From a virus: 64,000 nucleotides of DNA. The first letter of the stretch is position 1. The number at the start of each line of letters is the position of its first letter. The stretch lies in the IMG/VR virus record IMGVR_UViG_3300027852_000039, positions 1-64,000 of that record. One strand, written 5' to 3'. Made by a program: the position numbers and the translations under genes. The notes below the pieces were generated by a model that had not been told where the DNA came from, made no database searches, and saw nothing but the letters and a program-made list of their open reading frames with translations. Positions 54,639 to 63,188 of this stretch are shown here, in pieces.

Positions 54639-55181
54639 ATGGGAACACAAGTCTTCGGTGACAGCGTTTATGTGAACGTTGCTTCCGCAGTGATCGCGAG
54701 CGTTGTTGCCACGATTCCGGGTCGCGATGCGTCCGCGATCAACATCAACACGATCGACGTTACGGGAGACAACGCATCCCAAACCCTTGACGTCTACGTC
54801 GAGACGGGGCGCACGCGCGCGAGCATGGCAATGGCGGCGGGTCAGAGCGTCTGTTACGTCGGCGTGACGAGCGGGTTCGAAGCGGACGACAACGTGATCG
54901 TTCAGCACAAGAGCGGGAAGTATCAGAAGACAACCGTCCTGTCGGTCGGTACGACTTCGATCACGCTCGGGGCGAACCTCACGAACGCGTTCGCGTACGA
55001 CACCGATCGTCCGGATGAGATCATCGAGCTTGAGAAGAAAGCTCAACTCATCATCGGAGCGGGGACGTTGCAAAAGTACGGAGACAAGCAGCTTTGGATT
55101 CCGAGGGGATCCCCCGCGTACTTCGCCGTCTCGAACGGAACGACCGCTGCGATCAATGCGATCGCGGGAGTTTACACGTAG
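54639..55181 (+). CDS. Virion structural/decoration protein
   Basis: Beta-rich T/S/G/V composition, located after MCP. Confidence 0.6.
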   Translation: MGTQVFGDSVYVNVASAVIASVVATIPGRDASAININTIDVTGDNASQTLDVYVETGRTRASMAMAAGQSVCYVGVTSGFEADDNVIVQHKSGKYQKTTVLSVGTTSITLGANLTNAFAYDTDRPDEIIELEKKAQLIIGAGTLQKYGDKQLWIPRGSPAYFAVSNGTTAAINAIAGVYT

Positions 55182-55212
55182 AAGATCGGCGCGCAAGCGC
55201 TTACCTCACTCG

Positions 55213-55247
55213 GGGGTCCGCTTTGATGTGGGATCGAAACGGACCCC
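55213..55247 (+). terminator. Long hairpin after head genes
   Basis: GGGGTCCG...CGGACCCC stem. Confidence 0.45.
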
Positions 55248-55301
55248 TTATCCCCCTTCTGGAAGTTAGCTCCTCAACCATGAACGCGAGGAGTCCGTTC
55301 G

Positions 55302-55637
55302 ATGTTAAAAGAGAACGCGAGTTACTTTCCGCTTCAAAGAAACGCCACGGCCCAGGGTACGGATCAAACGGTTGACGCTGTCCCTGTTGCTTCGGCGTCC
55401 GGGTGCATCTGGACGTATCTCGCGGTCAGTGGAGGGAACCGACAACTCGGGAAGATGGAAGCTTCATGGAACTTAGATGGATCGACGATCAGCTATTCGC
55501 GAGAACGGATCGAGGACGTCGGGAATTGTGATGGACTCTCCTCGATGGATGTCGCGTTGAGCGGATCGGATATCGTCTTCCGGTCCTCGTCAAGTAACGA
55601 ATGGACGATCTATTACAGAAGGAGTCGAATCGGATGA
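55302..55637 (+). CDS. Virion structural protein
   Basis: Beta-rich; GAGGAG RBS. Confidence 0.6.
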   Translation: MLKENASYFPLQRNATAQGTDQTVDAVPVASASGCIWTYLAVSGGNRQLGKMEASWNLDGSTISYSRERIEDVGNCDGLSSMDVALSGSDIVFRSSSSNEWTIYYRRSRIG

Positions 55638-58600
55638 TACGGAAGAGATCTCTTTTCATACTGCTTCTGATCCTCTCGTTCGTCTCGTCTGCGATCGCCG
55701 GGGACAAGATCTTCGACGAAGGGATCCGGATCGGAACATCGGACGAAACCAAGGACGGGACGGTCCGATACAACGGATCGAACTTCCAGGGATACAAGTC
55801 CGGATGGACGAACCTGGACGACACGGTCGCGGGTGGCGGCGCTCCCTCGGACTCCCTGTATCTGACGCTCGGGTACGACGCGGATCTCAGCGGGGAGCGT
55901 CTGTTCACACCGGGGACCGGACTCTCCGCGACAGACGCGGGAGCGAACTCAACGTACACTCTCGACGTCACATTGTCCCCATTTTCGACGACAAATCTTT
56001 CGGAGGGGTCAAACCTTTACTTTACGGATGAACGCACGGATGACCGCGTCTCGTCGCTCATACAGAACGGAACGGGGTTGACCTGGACGTACGTCGACGC
56101 TTCGAACACCTTAACCGGAAACGTCGCGCTTGTCGCGGGAGAAGGGATCGATGTCTCCGGAGTCACGATCTCCGGGGAAGACGCAAGCGACACGAACAAG
56201 GGGATCGCGACCTTTGATTCCTATTGGTTCAAGGTGACGACTGGGGATGTCTCCGCGTCCGACGATGTCGCGTTATCGTACGATACGCTTGACGGGATGG
56301 CTTTCGATAAACCCGATATGACGATCGTCGACGATGTTGGATTGAAGCTCGATATCGAGAAAGTCGGGGGAGGGGACATGAAGTTCCTCGTCGACGGAGT
56401 CATCTCGACTTTGGATTGTACGACGGGGAGCGGAGCGGGAGGGAAGGCGCGCGTATCGTTGACCGCAGGATCGGACGCTAATACTCCCGCGACGAATTAC
56501 ATTTACATCACGGGCTCGGGAGGGACCGCGACCTTGTCCGCGTCGACGTCTCTTCCGACTGGAGCGTTTGCGTGGATAGGAAAGATCATCGTTCCGGATG
56601 CGACGACCTGGACGTCGACCGGAGCATACGGATTCCAAAGATATACAGAAGCATTTCAGAACGATACGCGGGGACTTCTATCCCACGAGCGAGAGAAGCT
56701 TCGAGCGTTTGGAGCAGTCTATATTAGCGGAGTGTCTCAGAGTCTCGCGATAACGACGAACGTCGGAACTCCGGACAACGTACATCTCGTGACCGGATCG
56801 GGGTCGGTATATCAACTACATCGACAGGCGTTTCCCGCCTTCTCGACCGGACCGTATTACTACGGGAACGGGTCCAATATCTACGAAGAGATCTCTGATC
56901 TGAACGAGCTTCTGACAGATGCGGACGGGGGGTCGATGTCCGGGAAGAAGTTCAACCTTGTCGTATGGGGAGCGGTCAATGTCTCTTCAGGAGAGTGCAA
57001 ACTGTTTGTAAACCTCCCGAACGATTCGTACGTCCGGAACTCGCAAGCGATCTCGGACGTCGACAACACTTCGGACTACACGGTTCCCGACGATATGCGA
57101 TCAGTCGCGTTCATGATCTCCCGGATCGCGCTCGCGCATACGACGACGAGCGGGGGAACCTGGGTGGAACTCGGGACGTATTCCCTTCTTGGATCTCCAT
57201 ACGGAGCTAGGAGCGGAGGAGCGGGAGCGGTCGCGTCAAATGAGTTCGACGACTCGCAGTTCAGGATCTATGACGACGCGGACAATACGAAACTGATTGC
57301 GTTTCAAGCGAGCGGAATCACGACCGCGACGACGCGAACGCTCACGGCTCAGGACTCTGACGGAACGATCGCGTATCTGACGGACATCCCGACAGACATC
57401 TCGGGAGAACCTTTCTATACAGTTTCCCTTTCGGGAAATCTTTCAAATGAAACGATCTTATCAGCCGGTGAAGGAATCGATCTTGCGACGGGTGCTATCT
57501 CGGGAGAAGATGCAAGTTCATCCAACAAAGGGATCTTGTCTATTTCCGACACAGGAAACTTCACGATCACAACGGGGGATATGGTTGCCAATCTTGCGAA
57601 TGGTTCGACCTATTCAAACTTTGGTGTGGTGGGGGATGACACGTTTGATGAACTGTTTGCTGCAATAGATACGGCTTGGCCTTCGGCAACATCACCTGCT
57701 GGAAACGATGGAAATGTCCAATATAACAACGGTGGGGTGTTTGGAGGAGAGGATGAATTTTTTTGGAATGATACTAATAAGTCTCTTTCTCTTGGTACTT
57801 CTTCAAATCCCACTTCTAGTGTAAGACTTCTTGTTCAAGAAGATGATGGAACGAATGCCGCTATTCGTGTAACGACATATTCTAGTTCAGAGGAAGCTTA
57901 CGGTGGGTTACAACTTAGTCACGCACGTGGAACACCAACAATTCCATCTGCCGTTCTCGATCAAGATCACCTTGGTATTTTAGGATTTCTTGGTCACAAT
58001 GGGACCGGCATGCTACCCGGACCTCAGATTGTTGGTGCTGCAACAGAAGATTGGAGTGTTGGCAATCAGGGCTCGGGCATACTTTTGAAAACCATGATTA
58101 ATAATTCAACAACTGCGAATGCAGCCCAATGGATCGACCACGATGGCAATGTTCATATAGGTAATAATATTGATAGAACAACTAATCCTATTATTCGCCT
58201 TGAAGTATCAGAAGATGCAGCCCAAGCTCGGCAATTAATAATTGCTTATGCAGACACAGCAACATATCAATCAGGGGTTCTTGCTTTGGCACGGGGACGA
58301 GGTACAAGAGCTTCTCCAGAAGCAATTGACCTGGATGATAGTCTTGGATATTTGTTGTTTCAGGGACATGACGGGTCTGCAATCGGGCCTGGAGCTTTCT
58401 TTTATGCTGCTGCTACAGAAAACTGGTCTGGAAGTGGTCACGGTGCAAAATTAATTTTAAGGATGGTTGCAAATACTTCTACTACACCTGCTGATGCGAT
58501 AATTATTGAAAACGATGGAGCGGCACAGTTACTTGGTCAAGACGCGAACGCAGTGTCGTATTCCGTCGCTGGGTCAGGCCTGTGTCGAGAGCTTGCAGTC

Positions 58601-58651
58601 GACGAGAACGGAAATCTTATTGTCGGAAGCTCGGACGTAGCATGTCCGTGA
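55634..58651 (+). CDS. Large fibre/spike-like protein with N-terminal signal peptide
   Basis: MIRKRSLFILLLILSFVSSAIA^GDK; fibre motifs GTVRYNG.NFQGY, L.EGSNLYFTDER, TRTLT..D..GT, VQYNN.G.FGG, RGT...P.A; mosaic composition. Confidence 0.75.
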   Translation: MIRKRSLFILLLILSFVSSAIAGDKIFDEGIRIGTSDETKDGTVRYNGSNFQGYKSGWTNLDDTVAGGGAPSDSLYLTLGYDADLSGERLFTPGTGLSATDAGANSTYTLDVTLSPFSTTNLSEGSNLYFTDERTDDRVSSLIQNGTGLTWTYVDASNTLTGNVALVAGEGIDVSGVTISGEDASDTNKGIATFDSYWFKVTTGDVSASDDVALSYDTLDGMAFDKPDMTIVDDVGLKLDIEKVGGGDMKFLVDGVISTLDCTTGSGAGGKARVSLTAGSDANTPATNYIYITGSGGTATLSASTSLPTGAFAWIGKIIVPDATTWTSTGAYGFQRYTEAFQNDTRGLLSHEREKLRAFGAVYISGVSQSLAITTNVGTPDNVHLVTGSGSVYQLHRQAFPAFSTGPYYYGNGSNIYEEISDLNELLTDADGGSMSGKKFNLVVWGAVNVSSGECKLFVNLPNDSYVRNSQAISDVDNTSDYTVPDDMRSVAFMISRIALAHTTTSGGTWVELGTYSLLGSPYGARSGGAGAVASNEFDDSQFRIYDDADNTKLIAFQASGITTATTRTLTAQDSDGTIAYLTDIPTDISGEPFYTVSLSGNLSNETILSAGEGIDLATGAISGEDASSSNKGILSISDTGNFTITTGDMVANLANGSTYSNFGVVGDDTFDELFAAIDTAWPSATSPAGNDGNVQYNNGGVFGGEDEFFWNDTNKSLSLGTSSNPTSSVRLLVQEDDGTNAAIRVTTYSSSEEAYGGLQLSHARGTPTIPSAVLDQDHLGILGFLGHNGTGMLPGPQIVGAATEDWSVGNQGSGILLKTMINNSTTANAAQWIDHDGNVHIGNNIDRTTNPIIRLEVSEDAAQARQLIIAYADTATYQSGVLALARGRGTRASPEAIDLDDSLGYLLFQGHDGSAIGPGAFFYAAATENWSGSGHGAKLILRMVANTSTTPADAIIIENDGAAQLLGQDANAVSYSVAGSGLCRELAVDENGNLIVGSSDVACP

Positions 58652-58737
58652 ACCTTGTCCGATCTTTGCGCGGAGGGTTCGTGTTAGGACTGGAGGATTA
58701 CAAAGGACCGAAGAGTCCGAAGAAAGGAGAGAGGGGA

Positions 58738-59064
58738 ATGAAAGCATCAACGAGACAATGGATCTTCCTCGCGATCATGGCAACGATGTTGATTTCGACG
58801 ACGTGCATCGCCGGGGACAAACCGGACCAGGAGCAAACGGTCGAACAGAAGGATCCGCGCGACTTTCTTCAACCATTCGATCAGTTGAACATGAAACGAT
58901 CGAACATCCTCGCTCAGATCCTCGTGAAAGAGAAAGAGATCGAAGTGCTCGAAGAACGTCTGAAGGTGAACGAGACGCGGATCCGCGTACGACAGGAAGA
59001 AGAGAGAAACATCCGACAGTATGAGGAAGAACTCCGGAGACAGGAAGAGGTCGAGAGTGAATGA
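58738..59064 (+). CDS. Signal-peptide coiled-coil protein (fibre chaperone-like position)
   Basis: MKASTRQWIFLAIMATMLISTTCIA^GDK then heptad repeats. Confidence 0.65.
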   Translation: MKASTRQWIFLAIMATMLISTTCIAGDKPDQEQTVEQKDPRDFLQPFDQLNMKRSNILAQILVKEKEIEVLEERLKVNETRIRVRQEEERNIRQYEEELRRQEEVESE

Positions 59065-59846
59065 AGTTCGCGATCAAAGACTTTCCTGTTTACGATTACT
59101 TCCCGGTCGTCGACTCGGAACTCGCGCAACGGGTCGACGGCCTGACGACGGGACTGTTTCAGACATCCCTGTACGATCCGGACGGAGAGACAAGCGGACA
59201 ATCCGTGACGCTCTCCGTCCTTCCGAACGGACTGTTCGCGGTCGAGTTCACTCCGAACGAGGAGGGGACATGGATTCTCAACGTCGATCATCCGACGTAT
59301 TTCCCTTACGGAAAGAGCGAAGCGTATCACGCTTTGGAGACGCTCTCGGGAGCTTTCGTTTCTACGGGATCGACCTTTTACGACGGGGTTCAGATAGTGG
59401 ATCTCGTCGACGGGGAGAGGATCGGAGGACTGGCGTCGAGCGACTTGACGATCACGTTGTACGAACCGGACGGAACGACGTCCTCGCTTCCGGTACATTT
59501 CGAGGAGATCCCAAACAAGATCTATCGAGCGGGGTTCAATCCGGACGAAGACGGACGATGGATCCTGAACGTTGACAGCGCGACGTATTTTCCGTTCGGC
59601 AAGAGCGCGGGATACGAAGCGGGGACGCACAGCGCAAGCGGACAGACTCAGATCGTCACGGTCGGATCGACAGTGTACGTCCTCGATCGACAGATCAATG
59701 CGTCGGTCAAGAAGAAAGACGTGACGGCGTCCAGGACGGGAACGGAATCGATCGTCGTGAATAAGAGGTTGACAACCGTTGTCGATTTAACATCCAGGGA
59801 AGTAACGATCTCGACCACGAAGCGACAGATAACGATCTCTCAATAA
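59061..59846 (+). CDS. Virion protein with two tandem Ig-like repeats
   Basis: LY.PDG.TS..V....PN......F.P.E.G.WILNVD..TYFP.GKS..Y occurs twice. Confidence 0.7.
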   Translation: MKFAIKDFPVYDYFPVVDSELAQRVDGLTTGLFQTSLYDPDGETSGQSVTLSVLPNGLFAVEFTPNEEGTWILNVDHPTYFPYGKSEAYHALETLSGAFVSTGSTFYDGVQIVDLVDGERIGGLASSDLTITLYEPDGTTSSLPVHFEEIPNKIYRAGFNPDEDGRWILNVDSATYFPFGKSAGYEAGTHSASGQTQIVTVGSTVYVLDRQINASVKKKDVTASRTGTESIVVNKRLTTVVDLTSREVTISTTKRQITISQ

Positions 59847-59859
59847 CGGGGGCATAGAG

Positions 59860-60195
59860 ATGGCACTCAACGACACTCCTTTCGATTTTTACATGGGGGA
59901 TTCGGACAGCGTCACGTTCAGGTTGAGGGAGGACGGCGCGAACAAGAACATGGATGGATTGACGGCGCGCTTTGTCGGGAAGACTGCGTTTGCCGATGCT
60001 GCGACGGAATACGTATTCGATATCGAATGTACGAATCTCGGAGAAGGAAGGGTGCGCGCGAGCTACACAGGGGACGACATGTCGGAAGAAGTGAAGGCGG
60101 GAGTCTGCGAGGTCGTCGTCATCAATGTCGATGGATCACACAAGACTTTCGATCAATGGGGATTCATTATCAACCCGGACGTATACAGGGGATAA
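59860..60195 (+). CDS. BppU N-terminal-like structural protein
   Basis: GDS....F.L..DG....DG.T..F, G.V......DD. Confidence 0.55.
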   Translation: MALNDTPFDFYMGDSDSVTFRLREDGANKNMDGLTARFVGKTAFADAATEYVFDIECTNLGEGRVRASYTGDDMSEEVKAGVCEVVVINVDGSHKTFDQWGFIINPDVYRG

Positions 60196-60199
60196 GACC

Positions 60200-60772
60200 A
60201 TGTCTTCTCTTTGCACTCTCGACGATATTCGAATGGTGATTGACGTCGCTGACGGAGACACGAGGGACAACAGACTCCTCGAACGATTGATCGTGTTCAC
60301 GTCCGGGGTCTTCTCAAAGCTGACGAGAAGGATCTACGACGAGCGCATTCATACCGAATACTTCAACACGACTCACGGACAGAAGAAGCTCCTTCTGAAG
60401 CAATATCCCGTCACGTCCTGGAGCGGGTTGACCAGGGTCGAGGACAACGAAGCGTATGCGTCCTCAGAGTTTCAGGTCAACACGAGCGCGGGAATTGTGA
60501 TGTTGCTCGACGACACGTTCCCCGTGGGAGATCGCGAGATCGTCTTCACGTACGTCGCGGGATATACGACGTCGAACGTTCCGGACGAGATCGCGGCGGC
60601 GGTTGCAATTCAGACCGTTTCCTTTTTCAACAGCGTCAAGGAGCGTGGGTTCGAGACAGAGAAGCTCGACGCACATTCGTACAAGGCGCTCGGGGATCTC
60701 GAACCCGAATTCAAACTCGCGATCGCGGACAACATGAAGATGGGACACGCGAGCGGGTTCAACTCTCAATAA
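60200..60772 (+). CDS. Head-tail connector (gp6-like) protein
   Basis: LCTLDD, D..LL..LI, YPV, TY.AGY...VPD.I..A. Confidence 0.8.
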   Translation: MSSLCTLDDIRMVIDVADGDTRDNRLLERLIVFTSGVFSKLTRRIYDERIHTEYFNTTHGQKKLLLKQYPVTSWSGLTRVEDNEAYASSEFQVNTSAGIVMLLDDTFPVGDREIVFTYVAGYTTSNVPDEIAAAVAIQTVSFFNSVKERGFETEKLDAHSYKALGDLEPEFKLAIADNMKMGHASGFNSQ

Positions 60773-60810
60773 GACTCCGACGAAGGAGCGAACGAGAGAA
60801 AGGAACGATC

Positions 60811-61548
60811 ATGGATAATCGAACGGTGTCAGTCGTGACGTGTCTTTGGAACAACATGGAATATTGGGATCTCTTCTATTCCTCGCTGAAGAGACTGTCC
60901 GCGAGGATCGATGAGCTTATCGTCGTGGACAACGGGTCGGAAGACGACACGGCGAGGATCCTCGAACAATGTCCGGACGTCACGTTCGTACGACTGGAGG
61001 AAAACCTCTTTGAAGGCGGCGGGGTTCGGTGTGCGATGAAGAAGGCGACCGGAGATCTCGTCTTCAAGTGCGACCCGGACATCGAGTTCACGAGCAACGA
61101 ATGGCAAGAACAAATGATCGAGATGTTGGACAAGGGCGAGGAGATCGGCGGCGTGGTCTGTGAGCCTTATTTCTGGCATCGATGCAAGCATAACGAGTAT
61201 CAGGAAGCGAGCGTCCTGATCGGGACTCTGTTCCTCCTGGAGAGGAAGGTTCTTGATGCGTGCGGGTATTGGGACGCGGCGCTCAAGTATGGGACGAACG
61301 AGTTCGATTACGCGGTGCGGATGCGGCGTGAGGGGTTCCGGATCGCGATCGCGGACTTCATCCCGATCAATCATTTTGTAAACCATGCAAGACTCCGAGA
61401 GATCGGAACATTCGATGTCGGTCCTCTTATTCAAGAGTCCTGGAGGGCGCTCTTCGAGAAGCTCGGGACAATGGAGTATTGGGAGATCGACGTGAACACG
61501 AGGTTCAACGGGGAATGGGACAGAGCTTCCAAACCTCCGGAGGTCTGA
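60811..61548 (+). CDS. Glycosyltransferase family 2
   Basis: VSVV, ELIVVDNGS.D.T, DxD (CDPD), G.WD, E.DY..R....G. Confidence 0.88.
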   Translation: MDNRTVSVVTCLWNNMEYWDLFYSSLKRLSARIDELIVVDNGSEDDTARILEQCPDVTFVRLEENLFEGGGVRCAMKKATGDLVFKCDPDIEFTSNEWQEQMIEMLDKGEEIGGVVCEPYFWHRCKHNEYQEASVLIGTLFLLERKVLDACGYWDAALKYGTNEFDYAVRMRREGFRIAIADFIPINHFVNHARLREIGTFDVGPLIQESWRALFEKLGTMEYWEIDVNTRFNGEWDRASKPPEV

Positions 61549-61552
61549 GAAC

Positions 61553-62011
61553 ATGAGAGCGGATTCAATCGTACTTCACCATAGTTTGACGCGAGACGGA
61601 AAGACGGTGTCGTGGGGTCCGATCCGGAAATGGCACACGGGACTACATCCCGAGAGTCCATACGTCAACGACCCGATGATCGATATCGGGTATCACGCGG
61701 GGATCGAATTGATTGGAGACAGACACGAGATCCTCGTCGGAAGAATGTTCGACGAAGACGGTGCTCACTGTAGACAACAGGGAATGAATAGGCGATCACT
61801 CGGGGTTCTCTTGATCGGGAACTTCGACCTTGCTCCTCCTCCTATAGACATGTGGACGCTTGCGATCAGGTTCGTTCGATCTATGTGTGATGTTCTGTAC
61901 ATCCCGAGGAATCGGGTATACGGACATCGCGAATTCACTTCCTACAAGACGTGTCCCGGAAGATTGTTCGATCTCGATAGATTCAGATCTGATCTTCTCA
62001 ACGCAGCATGA
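61553..62011 (+). CDS. Endolysin, N-acetylmuramoyl-L-alanine amidase (Amidase_2, T7-lysozyme-like)
   Basis: IVLHHS, DIGYH, GAHC...MN..S.G..L.GNF, GHRE...KTCPG. Confidence 0.92.
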   Translation: MRADSIVLHHSLTRDGKTVSWGPIRKWHTGLHPESPYVNDPMIDIGYHAGIELIGDRHEILVGRMFDEDGAHCRQQGMNRRSLGVLLIGNFDLAPPPIDMWTLAIRFVRSMCDVLYIPRNRVYGHREFTSYKTCPGRLFDLDRFRSDLLNAA

Positions 62012-62038
62012 AAACACATTCGCAAGGAGGACCGTACT

Positions 62039-62494
62039 ATGTGGGAAGGCGTATTCAAAGCTGTTGCTGGATACCTCGGACCGGGGATTGCGCTGATTCT
62101 TTTTGGGGTCGTGATCGGAATAGTCTATATGCAGCGGCGCTGCAAGGCGACACAAGAATGGTGTCAAGCGGTTAGGGAGAGGAACAAGGAGGAGGTCATG
62201 TCGAAAATCGGAGAAGCGAAAAACGGAGCGAAACAGGAGATCGACGCGCACTATCCCGCATGTCCGAACACCGGAATCCTGACCGAGCTAAGAACCAAGG
62301 TTGACGGAGAGATCGAACGCATTCATCACAGAATCACGGATGCGGAGGAACATGCGAGAGAGATCAAAGGCGACGTAAAAAGAGAGCTTGAAAGCACGAG
62401 AGGACAGATCAACACAGCGCTTACCGAGCAACAAAGATTCCTGAACGATCTCGCGCTGAAGCTTATGAATGGGGAAAGCAAAGGGAAGGGATGA
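62039..62494 (+). CDS. Single-TM coiled-coil protein (holin/spanin-like position)
   Basis: N-terminal TM helix, coiled coil, directly after the endolysin. Confidence 0.5.
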   Translation: MWEGVFKAVAGYLGPGIALILFGVVIGIVYMQRRCKATQEWCQAVRERNKEEVMSKIGEAKNGAKQEIDAHYPACPNTGILTELRTKVDGEIERIHHRITDAEEHAREIKGDVKRELESTRGQINTALTEQQRFLNDLALKLMNGESKGKG

Positions 62495-62551
62495 TCCCGC
62501 TCCCTTATCGAACAAGAATACGCTTCGACGCGTGAGAAAGGCGAGAAGACG

Positions 62552-63175
62552 ATGAAGCATCGTTTACTCACTGACCGAGCTATTCTCAGGCGATCGTCGA
62601 ACATTCTTCTCGATTCGGTCGATGGCAATACGACGGCGACGTTGACTCTCGATTTGGAGATGCCCGATCCCGCTTATCTCCTGATCGAAGCGGACGACGG
62701 GGGGTCCGGATTCATCACCGGGGTCGTGAGCGGCGTCACGATGACGGAAGCGCTGACGGAAGCGCTGACAATCCCCTCGGACGGGATCCTGAAGTCGGAG
62801 AACGAGTTCGCATCCGTTGTAGGGATGACGTTCTCGAATATCGCGGGAGAGATCTCGATCCGAGCGGTCGAACGACAGGGTCAACCGAAGATGTTTTACG
62901 AAGACGTTTGCGGAATTGTTCCGTGTCGAGTGTTCGACAAGAGTTCGGTGATCGTCCCGTCTGGCCGTGGAGAGACCAGGGAGGATCAGAACAAGGTCTA
63001 TGTCGATTGGGATCATGACCGATATCGACTTTACAACAGAGATGTCTTGTACGTCTATGATCCGAAGACGCCGTCAATTCCGGGTATCACGATTGCTCTG
63101 AAGGGGGTCCGGGTGCAACGAGGGAAGAGAGGAAGACCGAGCTTCTATTCGGCGCGAGGAATACAGATCAACTAG
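62552..63175 (+). CDS. Head-closure/neck-like structural protein
   Basis: LL.DRA...R N-terminus and VPCRV..D.L C-terminus with an inserted domain. Confidence 0.45.
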   Translation: MKHRLLTDRAILRRSSNILLDSVDGNTTATLTLDLEMPDPAYLLIEADDGGSGFITGVVSGVTMTEALTEALTIPSDGILKSENEFASVVGMTFSNIAGEISIRAVERQGQPKMFYEDVCGIVPCRVFDKSSVIVPSGRGETREDQNKVYVDWDHDRYRLYNRDVLYVYDPKTPSIPGITIALKGVRVQRGKRGRPSFYSARGIQIN

Positions 63176-63188
63176 GAAAGGAACATCG

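Noticed and set aside
55634-58651. Diversity-generating retroelement targeting the fibre
   Set aside because: No reverse transcriptase and no TR/VR pair differing at adenines seen in the window.
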